Below, piece after piece: positions 21,801 through 34,701 of a stretch of 64,000 bases of DNA. The first letter of the stretch is position 1. Each line of letters begins with the position of its first letter. The notes below the pieces were generated by a model. That model did no database searches, was not told the DNA's origin, and saw nothing but the letters and a program-made list of their open reading frames with translations. This DNA comes from Takakia lepidozioides (taxonomy: Eukaryota > Plantae > Bryophyta): positions 73,780,001 to 73,844,000 of the forward strand of contig CM060733.1 in assembly GCA_030704615.1 (NCBI GenBank), written 5' to 3'. A program made the translations under genes and the position numbers.

Positions 21801-23900
21801 GCGCCAACGCACACTGTTAGAGCTGCCACTGAATGGTTATTTCATCCTCAGAAACGTGCCCTAAATGCCGAATTTAACATGAAAAAAACAGTGACATGTA
21901 CAGCTCAAACAGTGTGCGCCAACGCACACTACTTGAGCTGCCACTGAATGGTTATTCCATAATCATAAAACTGCCCTGGAAGTCCGAATTTAACACCAAA
22001 AAAACAGTGACATGTACAGCTCAAACAGTGTGCGCCAATGCACACTGTTTGAACTGCCATTGAATAGTTATTTCATACTCAGAAACGTGCCCTAAATGCC
22101 GAATTTTAATCGGAAAAAATACTTACATGTTCAACTCAAACAGTGTGCGCCAACGCACACTGTTTCAGCTGCCACTGAATGGTTATTTCATCATCATAAA
22201 CCAACCCTGGAACTCCGAATTTAACACTAAAAAAACAGTGACATGTACAGCTCAAACAGTGTGCGCCAACGCACACTGTTTGAGCTGCCACTGAATGGTT
22301 ATCTCATCATCAGATCCGTGCCCTAAATGCCGAATTTAAACCGGAAAAACACTTAAATGTAGAGCTCAAACAGTGTGCGCCAACGCACACTGTTTGAGCT
22401 GCCACTGAATGGTTATTTCATCATCATAAACCTGCCCTGGAAGTCCAAATTTAACACCCGAAAAACAGTTACATGTACAGCTTAGACAATGTGCGCCAAC
22501 GCACACTATTTGAGCTGCCACTGAATGGTTATTTCATCCTCAGAAACGTGCCGTAAATGCCGAATTTTAACACCAAAAAAACACTTACAAGTTCAGCTGA
22601 AACAGTGTGCGCCAACGCACACTGTTAGAGGTGCCACTGAATGGTTATTTCATCATCATAAACCTGCCCTGGAAGTCCGAATTTAACACCAAAAAAACAG
22701 TGACATGTACAGCTCAGACAGTGTGCGCCAACGCACACTGTTTGAGCTGCCACTGACTGGTTATTTCATCATCATACACCTGCCCTGGAAGTCTGAATTT
22801 AACACTAAGAAAACAAGGATATGTACAGCTCAAATAGTGTGCGCCAACGCACACTATTTGAGCTGCCACTGAATGGTTATTTCATCATCATAAACCTGCC
22901 CTGGAAGTCCGAATTTAACACCAAAAAAACAATGACATGTACAGCTCAAACAGTGTGCGCCAATGCACATTGTTTGAGCTGCCACTGAATGGTTATTTCA
23001 TCCTCAGAACCGTGCCCTAAATGCCGAATTTAAACCGGAAAAACACTTAAATGTAGAGCTCAAATAGTGTGCGTTGGCGCACACTGTTTGAGCTGCCACT
23101 GAATGGTTATTTCATCATCATAAACCTGCCCTAAATGCGGAATTTTAGCACCAAAAAAACACTTACATGTTCAGCTCAAACAGTGTACGCCAACGCACAC
23201 TGTTTGAGCTGCCACTGAATGGTTATTTCATCATCATAAACCTGCCCTGGAAGTCCGAATTTAACACCAAAAAAACAGTGACATGTACAGCTCAAACAGT
23301 GTGCGCCAACGCACACTGTTTCAGCTGCCATTGAATGGTTATTTCATCATCATAAACCTGCCCTAGAAGTCCAAATTTAACACCAAAAAAACAATGACAT
23401 GTACAGCTCAAACAGTGTGCGCCAACGCACACTGTTTGAGCTGCCACTGAATGGTTATTTCATCCTCAGAAACGTGCCCTAAATGCCAAATTTTAACACC
23501 AAAAAAACACTTACATGTTCAGCTCAAACAGTGTGCGCCAACGCACACTGTTTGAGCTGCCACTGAATGGTTATTCCATCATCAGAAACGTGCCCTAAAG
23601 GGCGAATTCGACACGGAGAAAAACGTGACATGTAGAGCTCAAACAGTGTGCGCCAACGCACACTGTTTGAGCTGCCACTGAAGGGTTCTGTCGTCCTGAC
23701 ATACATATCCTGGAAAACCGATATCTAGACGGAAACAACAGTGAAATATTCAGCTCAACTCACACTGTTTGAGGTTGCAATTTGGGTTGTGTTGAACCTG
23801 CTGTAGTGCCCAAGTTTGGGCGTTTCGCACCTGAACAATCAAGCAAATTGGTAGGCCCAAACAGTGTGCGTTGCCGCACACTGTTTGGGCTTCCAGTTTG
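18860..23900. repeat. Continuation of the ~115-bp hairpin satellite; degenerates from ~23600 to ~23900
   Basis: Same monomer in the same orientation and phase as 1-3543; the last degenerate hairpin is at 23857-23890. Confidence 0.96.
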
Positions 23901-23947
23901 CGGTGCTTTCAGCGTGGTGCAGATGTCCTGTGTGGGCTATATTCATA

Positions 23948-24388
23948 TCAGCAACGAAACAGAAATGTGGGTCTTAAGAATTTCACCTTTTTCTTGGCTG
24001 CTCTAGAAGACTCCCCAATTGCCGGGGACCCTTTGCGCTTCGGGCTGCTCTCTGCGCCGAGCGTGTACGTGAGCCTCTCCCCCTTCCTCTTTCCCGCAGG
24101 CAGACTCCTCGTGAGGCCACCTTCAACATCCTCTTCCATCTCGTCTGTCTCTCCCTCAGATGCGGTGTCCTCTTCATCTGTCCTTGGAACTATGGCGGGC
24201 TGCTGTTCTTCTGCTGATTCCTGCTCCTCCATCGCCACACTTTCCTCTACTCCCTCTTCTACCTCCTTTTCCTCTTCGTCCACTCTTTCCATCCTCATTC
24301 TATCTCTGGCTCTATTCCTGTTTCTAGAGCTCGTGAAGTATAGTGACTTCATTCTCTTCCTCCTACGCTGGAAACAAGGGCTCCCCAC
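23948..24388 (-). CDS. Possible exon encoding an acidic/basic low-complexity peptide, divergent from the family-B transposase
   Basis: 146-aa ORF (..EEEKEVEEGVEE..KRKG..AAKKK). There is no recognisable domain, only composition and position. Confidence 0.3.
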   Translation of the reverse strand: MGSPCFQRRRKRMKSLYFTSSRNRNRARDRMRMERVDEEEKEVEEGVEESVAMEEQESAEEQQPAIVPRTDEEDTASEGETDEMEEDVEGGLTRSLPAGKRKGERLTYTLGAESSPKRKGSPAIGESSRAAKKKVKFLRPTFLFRC

Positions 24389-25245
24389 GATGCCTCTAGA
24401 GCTCTCCAGTTTGACGTTTGTAACAAGTGCTGCTATGGCATGTAACCAAAATCAAAATTGGACGTTATCAACCATATTTGGATGCGGGTGTTGTTATTGT
24501 GTGCGAACGGAATTCATCCATTCCGTCGTCTCCGTATTATCCAAGCAATAAAGCGCAAGAAAAAAAGTACATCCGTTGCATGCACTAGCGATATATGTCA
24601 GATGTACTGCGCCGCCTGCCAATACACCGCGGCCTTCTTGCTTTCTTTCAAATTCGGATGTGCCTTAGAAATCTAATGATAGTTCATTTTCGAGCAGTTC
24701 TTGCAGATCCGCAATAATTGTTATGCTTCACATATGCATCCACGTGTGTTGTACTGCCTACCCTGTGGTTTGCAGTTTACCGTTACCGTCGCCATGGGGT
24801 CATTCGGCATAAAGGGTTCTGTCGGATACGACCATGTCTGGCACGCATTCGTGCGAGGTATCTTCTGCGGTGTCAGTATTTGTGCTGTGCTCTTCTGGCA
24901 CAGCACAACCTCATGACATTTGTGGTCTTCCTGTTTACTGCTCTCCAGGGTTGTTGCCGTCTTTTCATAATGGATGGTTTCATGTCGTTTTCAGTGTTTG
25001 TTTTCATCCATAAACAGCACGGCTTCTTGTAGTATTTGAAAACAGTTTTTCTGGTTAGTGCCTCTTGGCGTTGCTGTTTTCGAAGTGAAGGTGCATCTCA
25101 TCCCTACATCCTTTGCATGCATCACCTGCAACCTTTGGATTGGAGCTAGCCTTGTTGACCTCGGTTTGCTTGTCTTAATTCCCCTTTCGGTAATTGCGGG
25201 CTATCAGTTCGAGGATTCCGCAACTTTCGTTCAGTGAGGGAAAAC

Positions 25246-26025
25246 ATGTCGAGGGAGCGAGATACACTTGCTCGATTCCATTCCAATGCAGGTACTCTTC
25301 CATTGACTGCCACTGCAGACGACGATGGGTTTGCAGTTGTTCATGAGGATGAGCTGGTTACAGTGTTTCCGCTGGAGTTGGGTTCTCTCCTTGTTCAAAA
25401 AGAGGTGTATGACGAGGATGGGAATTTGGATTCTGGGCACTTGGAGAAACCATTGGTTGGCAAGTGTGGAAGGAAGTGGAGAGTCCTTCCAGGCACATAC
25501 CGTGTCCTTGGAAAAGAGAGAAGACGATCAGCAGGATCGGTCGTTACCCCTGGCACTGCAGCATCGGTCGTGCAACAGAAGGGCACAGTTCCTGTGAAAC
25601 AAGAGGTGAGCACATCCACTACCTTCGTGACTCTTTCAGACTCGTCCTCGGAGGATGTTTCTGAGATTCCTCCGCCAGTGCAGACTCCGTCATTGGATGA
25701 TGACGAATTGCAAGAGATAACGAGTGTCATTCCAAAATTGAAAGCCCTCGCAGGTGTGCCTAGGTGTAAGAGCGAGTTGCGTTTTGTTGACTGGGAGTCC
25801 CTTCCTGTGCAACGGGTTCAATACGTGCCAGCACAGTTTGATGGGGACATCCTGTTTGAGCTCAACCCTCCCACCTCTTCCACTGGACTGGCTGGGCTTT
25901 TACAGGGCATGGACAAGAAACACGACGGACATCCTTGGTGCAGGACAAAAACGTCGAACATCCATAACGACATTGGCTTGAAATTTCGGAGGTCAGTCTG
26001 CGTTGGGCATTGTAAGTGCCAGAAT
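25246..26025 (+). pseudogene. 5' part of a second-family (B) MULE transposase, truncated inside the GCM-like domain
   Basis: SELRFVDWESLPVQRVQYVPAQFDGDILFEL...MDKKHDGHPWCRTKTS...CVGHCKCQN aligns with family A SELAALDYAKFPVRKVTFLPPEVDGNVIFEF...MDRKHDGHPWCVTKTS...CAGKLRCLN. Confidence 0.8.
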
Positions 26026-28881
26026 ATTCCCCATCCTTGTCTCGTTCACTTTTGAGGGAGGTCGCCGTCTCTTCGGTTTTCCCCAACGATGTGTAGGATG
26101 CTTAGAGTTGTCACATACATTTGATCTTGCTCTCATAGGGGTCGGTGGTGGAGGCTGTGGAACCGGAAATGGTTGTCTGGGGACGTCAGTGCGCTGCACC
26201 ATCCAAAATCCTGCTGCAGTAAGGGCGTCGGCCTCAACCTGACTCATATTGTATCCCGGTTCCACCAGCCACACCGGGGGAGCCTCTGGCACTGCTTGTA
26301 TGCCGTACTTGGGCTTTCCATAGACACAAGTCATAATGTCATGCCTACAGAACCAGAACTAGGTCGTCGTCGCCTCCGCAAACTTTGCATGGACAAATCT
26401 TCCCGTGAAAGTAGGAGCAGGGACAACCCCAACTGGGTTCCTTCTTATCATCTATCCACAATGTTGTCGTGTATCACTCGAATTGCAGAACACTTGCCTC
26501 ATATGGGGTGCCGCAGACTGACACCGAATTTGATCCACTGAGGAGCAAGTATGGGTGGATGTCAAGGGGACGGAACTCCGACGATGCATTTTCGTCCAGG
26601 CTGCCATCAACATGTACCCCTTCAGTGGATTTTGGGGAAGTGAGGTGGGCGGACTGCCATTCGAGCTTGCGGTGGGGACGGTCGTCCCCACTACCACTTA
26701 CCGGTGCATTCATGACAATGGGACAGAAATGCCGCACCGCATATCCGTTCGGACAGCCATACACCCTTGCCTTCATGACAGAGGGGACAGAAATGCGGTG
26801 CCGCATTTCCGTCCGGACTGCCATTAGACCTTGCCTTCATGACAATGGGGACGGATATGCGGTGCCGCATTTCAGTCCCCACTACCAGTTACCCTTGCCT
26901 CCATAATAGTAGGACGGAAATGTGGCACAACATTTCCGTCCCACCTACTATACACCCTTGCCTTCATGACAGTAGGGACGGAAAATCGGTTTCGCATTTC
27001 CGTCCAGACTGCCCTGAGACCCTTCCTTCATGACATTGGGGACGGAAATGCGGTGCCGCATTTCCGTCCGGACTGCCATTGGACCTTGCCTTCATGACAG
27101 TGGGGACGGATGGAAATGCGGTGTCGCATTTCCGTCCTGATTGCCATTGGACCTTGCCATCATTACAGTGGGGACGGACGGAAATGCTGCATTTCCGTCC
27201 GGACTGCCATTGGACCTTGCCTTCACTACAGTGGGGACGGAAACGCAGTGCCGCTTTTCTGTCCGGACTGCCGGAAGACCTTGCATTCATAACAGTGGGG
27301 ACGCAAATGCGGTGCCGCATTTCGGCCGTCCCCACTACCAGTTACCCTTGCCTCCATAACAGTGGGATGGAAATGCGGTGCCGCATTTCAATCGCCACTA
27401 CCAGTTACCCTTGCCTCCATGACAGTGTTCCGTCCCACCTGCCATACACCCATTGCCTTCTGGAAATGCGGCGCCGCATTTCTATCCAACGACGATGACT
27501 ATAGAGAAAAAAAAATTAGGGTTCTGGTTTTTCTTACCCGCCACCCCCTGTGGTCGGAAATGCGGCACCGCATTTCCATCCAATGGGTAGAGCTAGAAAA
27601 AACAAGGAAATTTTTTTTTTTGGATTTTTTTTTCTCTACCCCCTATAGGCTGAAATGCGGCGCCGCATTTCAATCCAGCGGCGATGAGAAGAGAAAAGAA
27701 AATGTTTTACGGTTATTTTTTTTTCCCCCCCTCTACCCCCTGTTGTTGGAAATGCGGCATCGCATTTCGATCCTGCGGGGATGACTAGAGAGGGCAAAAA
27801 AAAAACAAAAAAACAAACTTCATTTATTTATTTATTTTTTGCCTTTCACCCCTATGGACGCAAATGCGGCGCCGCATTTCAATCCAGCGGCGATGACAAG
27901 AGGAAAAAAAAGGTTAGGGTTATTGTTTTTCCTCTCTATTCCCCCTGTTGTTGGAAATGTGGCGCCGCATTCCATCCAGCGGGGATGACTAGAGAACAAC
28001 CAAGAAAAAAAAAAAAACCCACAATTTTTTTTTAATTTTTTTTTAATTTTTTTCCCGGCCCCCCCCACCGTATGGACGGAAATGCGGCGCCGCATTTCAA
28101 TCCAGCGGCGATGACAAGAGGAAGAAAAACGGTTAGGGTTATTTTTTTCCCCCTTCTACCCCTTGTTGTTGGAAATGCGGCACCGCATTTCCATCCAGCG
28201 GGGATGACTAAAAAAGCTGGGGGGGGGGGGGGATTTTGTTTTGTCCCCACCCCTATGGACGGAAATGCGGCACCGCATTTCAATCCAGCGACGATGACAA
28301 GAGGAAAAAAAATGGTTAGGATTATTTTTTTCCCCCCCTTCTATCCCCTGTTGTTGGAAATGCGGCGCCGCATTTCCATCCAGCGGGGATAACTAAGGCC
28401 AGACAGCGGAAGGGGCAAAAAAAAAAAAAAAAAAAAAAAAAAAACTTTTTTTGTCCCCACCCCTATGGGCGGAAATGCGGCGCCGCATTTCAATACAGCG
28501 GCGATGACAAGAGGAAAAAAACGGTTAGGGTTTTTTTTTTTCCCCCTTCCATCCCCTGTTGTTGGAAATGTGGCGCCGCATTTCCATCCAGCGGGGATGA
28601 CTAGAGGGGGGCAGGGGAGGGGGGAAAAAACAAACAAAGAAAAAACAAAAACTTTTTTTGTCCCCACCCCTATGGACGGAAATGCGGCGCCGCATTTCAA
28701 TTTAGTGGCGATGACAAGAAAAAATAAAGTTAGGGTTGCTTTTTCCACCCCCCCCCCCCCCTCTACCCTCTGTTGTTGGAAATGCGGCGCCGCATTTCCA
28801 TCTAGCGGGGATGACAAGAGAAAAAAAAGATAAAAAAGATCAACTGAGAATTTTTTATTTCTTGTTTTCACCCCCTTCGGA
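26026..28881 (+). repeat. Left arm of a ~2.86-kb inverted duplication
   Basis: Reverse complement of 31523-34377; mirrored ORFs such as 26173-26541(+) and 33862-34230(-) are identical. Confidence 0.93.
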
Positions 28882-30225
28882 TGGAAATGCGGCACCGCAT
28901 TTCAATCCAGCGGCGATGACTAGAGGAAAAACAATCAGGGGTTATTTCCCCCCTCCCCCCTGTGGTTGAAAATGCGGCGCCGCAATTACCATCCAGCGGG
29001 AATGACTAGAGGGGAAAAAAAAAAAACACCGTCAAACGACTTTCAAAGAGCACGGGTGGATGGCAGTCGAGACGGAAATGCGGCACCGCATTTCCGTCCT
29101 GACTCACATCCCCCTTTGCACGATGATCATCATTTGGGGAAAAGAGGTGGGCGGGATGAACCTGGCGACGAAAATGCGCTGCCGCATTTTTGTCCGGACT
29201 GACACCTACCGATAACTTTATACCTAGTGGGACGGAAATGCGGCACCGCATTTCCATCCGGGTTCCCACTGAACCATGCCTTCCTACCATTGTGGATGGA
29301 TATGTGGTGCCGCATTTCCGTCCTAACTGACACCTAAGCATCCTTGACACATGGTGGGATGGTGCCGCATTTCCGTCCGGGCTCCCATTCCACCATGCAT
29401 TTTTAACAGTCTGGACGGAAATGCGTTGCCGCATTTTCGTCCGGACTGACACCTAAGCATCCCTTAACACCTGGTGGGACGGAAATACGGCGCCGCATTT
29501 CCGTTTGGGGTCCCACTGGACCATGCCTTTCTACCATTGTGGATGGAAATGCGGTGCCGCATTTCCTAACTCACACCTAAGTATCCTTGATACATGGTGG
29601 GATGATAATCCGGTGCCGCATTTCCGTCCGGGCTCCCATTCCACCATGCATTTTTAACAGTCTGGACGGAAATGCGGTGCAGCATTTCCGTCTGGGCTCC
29701 AACTGTACGATCCCTAAACAGGTGGTCAGATCCCCATCCAGACATTGCTTTCCCGAGAGTCTGGACGGAAACGCGCCACCGTATTTCCGTCCGGACTGAT
29801 AGTGGACCATCCCTTCATTTTTGGTGGGACGGAAATGCGGTGCCGCATTTCCGTCTAGAAGACCACTTCAGTTTGCGTACTTGGCAGTTGAAGGGAAATG
29901 CGACGCCGCATTTCCGTCCGGGCTGTCATTGTACATTTTCTTAATGACAGCTTCGACGGAATTGCGGTGCCGCATTCCAGGCCCGCTACCACTTACTCTG
30001 GCAGACAGGACAACGAAACGGAAGTGTGGCACCGCATTCCCGTCGAACTTGCCAAACAACCTTTTCTTCATGATAGGATGGCCGCAAATCCAACCATCCA
30101 GCCTTACCATCCTGAGAATAGGGACGGAAAAGCGGTGCCGTATTTCCGTCCCAGCTGCCCTCCACGCTTGCCTTCAGTAAAGAGGGTTCACGAAGGGGAC
30201 GGAAAATGCGGTACCGCATTTACCA
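26725..30225. repeat. Long palindrome array with subfamily-specific spacers (poly-A/T tracts, TTAGGGTT)
   Basis: Dozens of GGAAATGCGGNNCCGCATTTC copies; the spacers are unrelated to those of copy A. Confidence 0.92.
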
Positions 30226-30599
30226 CTGACTGCCATCCTCCCTGGCATCTTTATCCTCTTTCGTGATGCAGTAGGGAGGTATCCTGATCGAACGGCCACT
30301 AATGCCGCATCGCATTTGGTCTGTTGACTCATAGAGGCTGAAATGGCAGTTGAAGGGGTCATTGCCAACACATATTCGGAGGCGGTAATGCCGGACCATT
30401 GCATCATCACTGACTGTCCAACAGACACTAGACCTCTATTTCTTCAAATTCAATTTTCCAGCGACGTAGGGGCCACCTGCCTCACGAGGAGACACGTAGG
30501 CCCTGACCTTTCGAATCCATACGGTGCATCTTCGCCGTTTGATGTCATCATTTGCTGGTGACTCTTTCACTGCTCTAACACCCCTTCCAACACCATTCT

Positions 30600-31522
30600 T
30601 TGCCTCATTTCTTCTCTTTAGTTTCTCTTATGTTGCACAGCCTCATAGTGAGGTGGTGGAGGGATCGTAGGGCTCTGAAGACCCGCAGGACGAAAAGGAG
30701 GAAGCTACTGCAGCCCGCACACACCCTCGACCTTCTAGCATGGGTCCTCTTGTCGGGCCTAACCTTGTGCGCTTCAAGGACGTGCTTTGGAAAGGTAAAG
30801 GTTTCAAGTCGAAAGCAGCAGAGAAAGAGGCAATTTGACGATGAAGATGATGGAGAGTCGCCAACATGGGTCGTCCCCTTCTCCAAAAAATTAAAGAGCA
30901 TGAAGCATCAGGCGGTTGTTGAGGAATATACTACCCCATCGGATCAGTCCCCTTCCCCTACGAAGAGCAAGAAGTAGACGGGGCGGTGGAGAATCGGACG
31001 AGAACGGAGGAGTCCCCTTCCCTTGCAAAGAGTAAGAAGCAGAAGGGGGCGAAAGCAAGGGCAGAGCAGTCTCCAGCAAAACCCCTCCACATGTTGAAGC
31101 TCAGTTCTTGCAGGAGTTTCAGAAGGAAACCGGGGGCAACTCTGCAGAAGCTCGGGCAGCTACTCCGATGACGATCTCTAGCACTCCTATCCTGGTCGAT
31201 CTTTCAGCGGATGAAGGTGTTGTTTCTTAACATGGGGAGCTCGACTTCTCCTACCTAGAATAGGACTTTCGTGACAATAGGGGAGGTATGGATGACTACA
31301 TTCTCCCACATGATCTGCCCGGCTACATTCCCAAGAATACAGGCACGGCTCTGGGTGGTCCATCTGAACAGCCCCTTCCCCCACCCCCAAAAATGTCGCA
31401 AGAGGATTTTCAGAGTGCAGAGAATCAAATGTTGGAGGAGACTCACATCAGCATTGGCAAAGTTCTTAGGACCAAGGTCTTCCCTTGCACACTGCGAATT
31501 CCACTCTGTCGAATGGTCTCCC
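30600..31522 (+). pseudogene. 5' fragment of a diverged ParB-like/MTase gene, cut by the inversion junction
   Basis: MSQEDFQSAENQMLEETHISIGKVLRTKVFPCTLRIPLCRMVSL vs copy A MSPEDFKSAADKMLEETHSSIGRVLGSRVFQRTLRIPLCRMVSL; start approximate. Confidence 0.75.
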
Positions 31523-31953
31523 TCCGAAGGGGGTGAAAACAAGAAATAAAAAATTCTTAGTTTATTTTTTTTTTCTTTTTTTTCTCTTGTCATACCCGCT
31601 AGATGGAAATGCGGCGCCGCATTTCCAACAACAGAGGGTAGAGGGGGGGGGGGGGGGGGGGTGGAAAAAGCAACCCTAACTTTATTTTTTCTTGTCATCG
31701 CCACTAAATTGAAATGCGGCGCCGCATTTCCGTCCATAGGGGTGGGGACAAAAAAAGTTTTTGTTTTTTCTTTGTTTGTTTTTTCCCCCCTCCCCTGCCC
31801 CCCTCTAGTCATCCCCGCTGGATGGAAATGCGGCGCCACATTTCCAACAACAGGGGATGGAAGGGGGAAAAAAAAAATAACCCTAACCGTTTTTTTCCTC
31901 TTGTCATCGCCGCTGTATTGAAATGCGGCGCTGCATTTCCGCCCATAGGGGTG

Positions 31954-31990
<37 letters not shown>

Positions 31991-34377
31991 GCCCCCAACC
32001 CCGTCTGCCCTTAGTCATCCCCGCTGGATGGAAATGCGGCGCCGCCTTTCCAACAACAGGGGATAGAAGGGGGGAAAAAAAATAATCCTAACCATTTTTT
32101 TTCCTCTTGTCATCGTCGCTGGATTGAAATGCGGTGCCGCATTTCCGTCCATAGGGGTGGGGACAAAACAAAATCCCCTCCCCCCCAGCTTTTTTAGTCA
32201 TCCCCGCTGGATGGAAATGCGGTGCCGCATTTCCAACAACAAGGGGTAGAAGGGGGAAAAAAATAGCCCTAACCGTTTTTCTTCCTCTTGTCATCGCCGC
32301 TGGATTGAAATGCGGCGCCGCATTTCCGTCCATACGGTGGGGGGGGCCGTGGGGGGAAAAATAAAAAAATAAAAAAAAAATTGTGGGTTTTTTTTTTTTT
32401 TCTTGGTTGTTCTCTAGTCATCCCCGCTGGATGGAATGCGGCGCCGCATTTCCAACAACAGGGGGAATAGAGAGGAAAAACAATAACCCTAACCTTTTTT
32501 TTCCTCTTGTCATCGCCGCTGGATTGAAATGCGGCGCCGCATTTGCGTCCATAGGGGTGAAAGGCAAAAAATAAATAAATAAATGAAGTTTGTTTTTTTG
32601 TTTTTTTTTGCCCTCTCTAGTCATCCCCGCAGGATCGAAATGCGATGCCGCATTTCCAACAACAGGGGGTAGAGGGGGGGAAAAAAAATAACCGTAAAAC
32701 ATTTTCTTTTCTCTTCTCATCGCCGCTGGATTGAAATGCGGCGCCGCATTTCGGCCTATAGGGGGTAGAGAAAAAAAAATCCAAAAAAAAAATTTCCTTG
32801 TTTTTTCTAGCTCTACCCGTTGGATGGAAATGCGGTGCCGCATTTCCGACCACAGGGGGTGGCGGGTAAGAAAAACCAGAACCCTAATTTTTTTTTCTCT
32901 ATAGTCATCGTCGTTGGATAGAAATGCGGCGCCGCATTTCCAGAAGGCAATGGGTGTATGGCAGGTGGGACGGAACACTGTCATGGAGGCAAGGGTAACT
33001 GGTAGTGGCGATTGAAATGCGGCACCGCATTTCCATCCCACTGTTATGGAGGCAAGGGTAACTGGTAGTGGGGACGGCCGAAATGCGGCACCGCATTTGC
33101 GTCCCCACTGTTATGAATGCAAGGTCTTCCGGCAGTCCGGACGGAAAAGCGGCACTGCGTTTCCGTCCCCACTGTAGTGAAGGCAAGGTCCAATGGCAAT
33201 CCGGACGGAAATGTAGCATTTCCGTCCGTCCCCACTGTAATGATGGCAAGGTCCAATGGCAATCAGGACGGAAATGCGACACCGCATTTCCATCCGTCCC
33301 CACTGTCATGAAGGCAAGGTCCAATGGCAGTCCGGACGGAAATGCGGCACCGCATTTCCGTCCCCATTATCATGAAGGAAGGGTCTCAGGGCAGTCTGGA
33401 CGGAAATGCGAAACCGATTTTCCGTCCCTACTGTCATGAAGGCAAGGGTGTATAGTAGGTGGGACGGAAATGCTGTGCCACATTTCCGTCCTACTATTAT
33501 GGAGGCAAGGGTAACTGGTAGTGGGGACTGAAATGCAGCACCGCATATCCGTCCCCATTGTCATGAAGGCAAGGTCTAATGGCAGTCCGGACGGAAATGC
33601 GGCACCGCATTTCTGTCCCCTCTGTCATGAAGGCAAGGGTGTATGGCTGTCCGAACGGATATGCGGTGCGGCATTTCTGTCCCATTGTCATGAAGGCACC
33701 GGTAAGTGGTAGTGGGGACGACCGTCCCCACCGCAAGCTCGAATGGCAGTCCGCCCACCTCACTTCCCCAAAATCCACTGAAGGGGTACATGTTGATGGC
33801 AGCCTGGACGAAAATGCATCGTCGGGGTTCCGTCCCCTTGACATCCACCCATACTCGCTCCTCAGTGGATCAAATTCGGTGTCAGTCTGCGGCACCCCAT
33901 ATGAGGCAAGTGTTCTGCAATTCGAGTGATACACGACAACATTGTGGATAGATGATAAGAAGGAACCCAGTTGGGGTTGTCCCTGCTCCTACTTTCACGG
34001 GAAGATTTGTCCATGCAAAGTTTGCGGAGGCGACGACGACCCAGTTCTGGTTCTGTAGGCATGACATTATGACTTGTGTCTATGGAAAGCCCAAGTACGG
34101 CATACAAGCAGTGCCAGAGGCTCCCCCGGTGTGGCTGGTGGAACCGGGATACAATATGAGTCAGGTTGAGGCCGACGCCCTTACTGCAGCAGGATTTTGG
34201 ATGGTGCAGCGCACTGACGTCCCCAGACAACCATTTCCGGTTCCACAGCCTCCACCACCGACCCCTATGAGAGCAAGATCAAATGTATGTGACAACTCTA
34301 AGCATCCTACACACCGTTGGGGAAAACCGAAGAGACGGCGACCTCCCTCAAAAGTGAACGAGGCAAGGATGGGGAAT
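31523..34377 (-). repeat. Right arm of the ~2.86-kb inverted duplication (includes palindrome array ~31600-33680)
   Basis: tccgaagggggtgaaaacaag at 31523 is the reverse complement of 28861-28881; ggatggggaat ending at 34377 is the reverse complement of the sequence starting at 26026. Confidence 0.93.
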
Positions 34378-34701
34378 GCACTTGGGATGAACTATACAAT
34401 CCAGAGCTCAACATAAATGCCCCCACCAGGCTTCGGGCATGTGTATCAGATGGCCACGGCAGGCTCAGTTGTCCGCAATGAGGTGTACACCATCACCATT
34501 TCAGAATTACCCACCTGCAATTGCACCGACTTCCAGATCATGGCGAAGAAGGGGGCATCATACTGCCCTTGCAAGCATCTGTACTACGTGTACCTAAAGA
34601 GCCTCTGGTGTAATTCCACAACTCATCACTTCATACATGCACTAGCGTTGAGCCCCGACGAGATGTACACTCTTCTGAATATGGATCCAGGGGACCAGTG
34701 A
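33910..34701 (+). pseudogene. 3' fragment of family-A transposase with SWIM finger
   Basis: PAPTFTGRFVHAKF...EVYTITISELPTCNCTDFQIMAKKGASYCPCKHLYYVYL; in-frame stop at 34414-34416; catalytic core deleted. Confidence 0.85.

Noticed and set aside
26469-33934. Many overlapping ORFs with MRCRIS/KCGAAF/GNAAPHF peptides (also in all other arrays)
   Set aside because: These are six-frame read-outs of the stop-free palindrome, not proteins.
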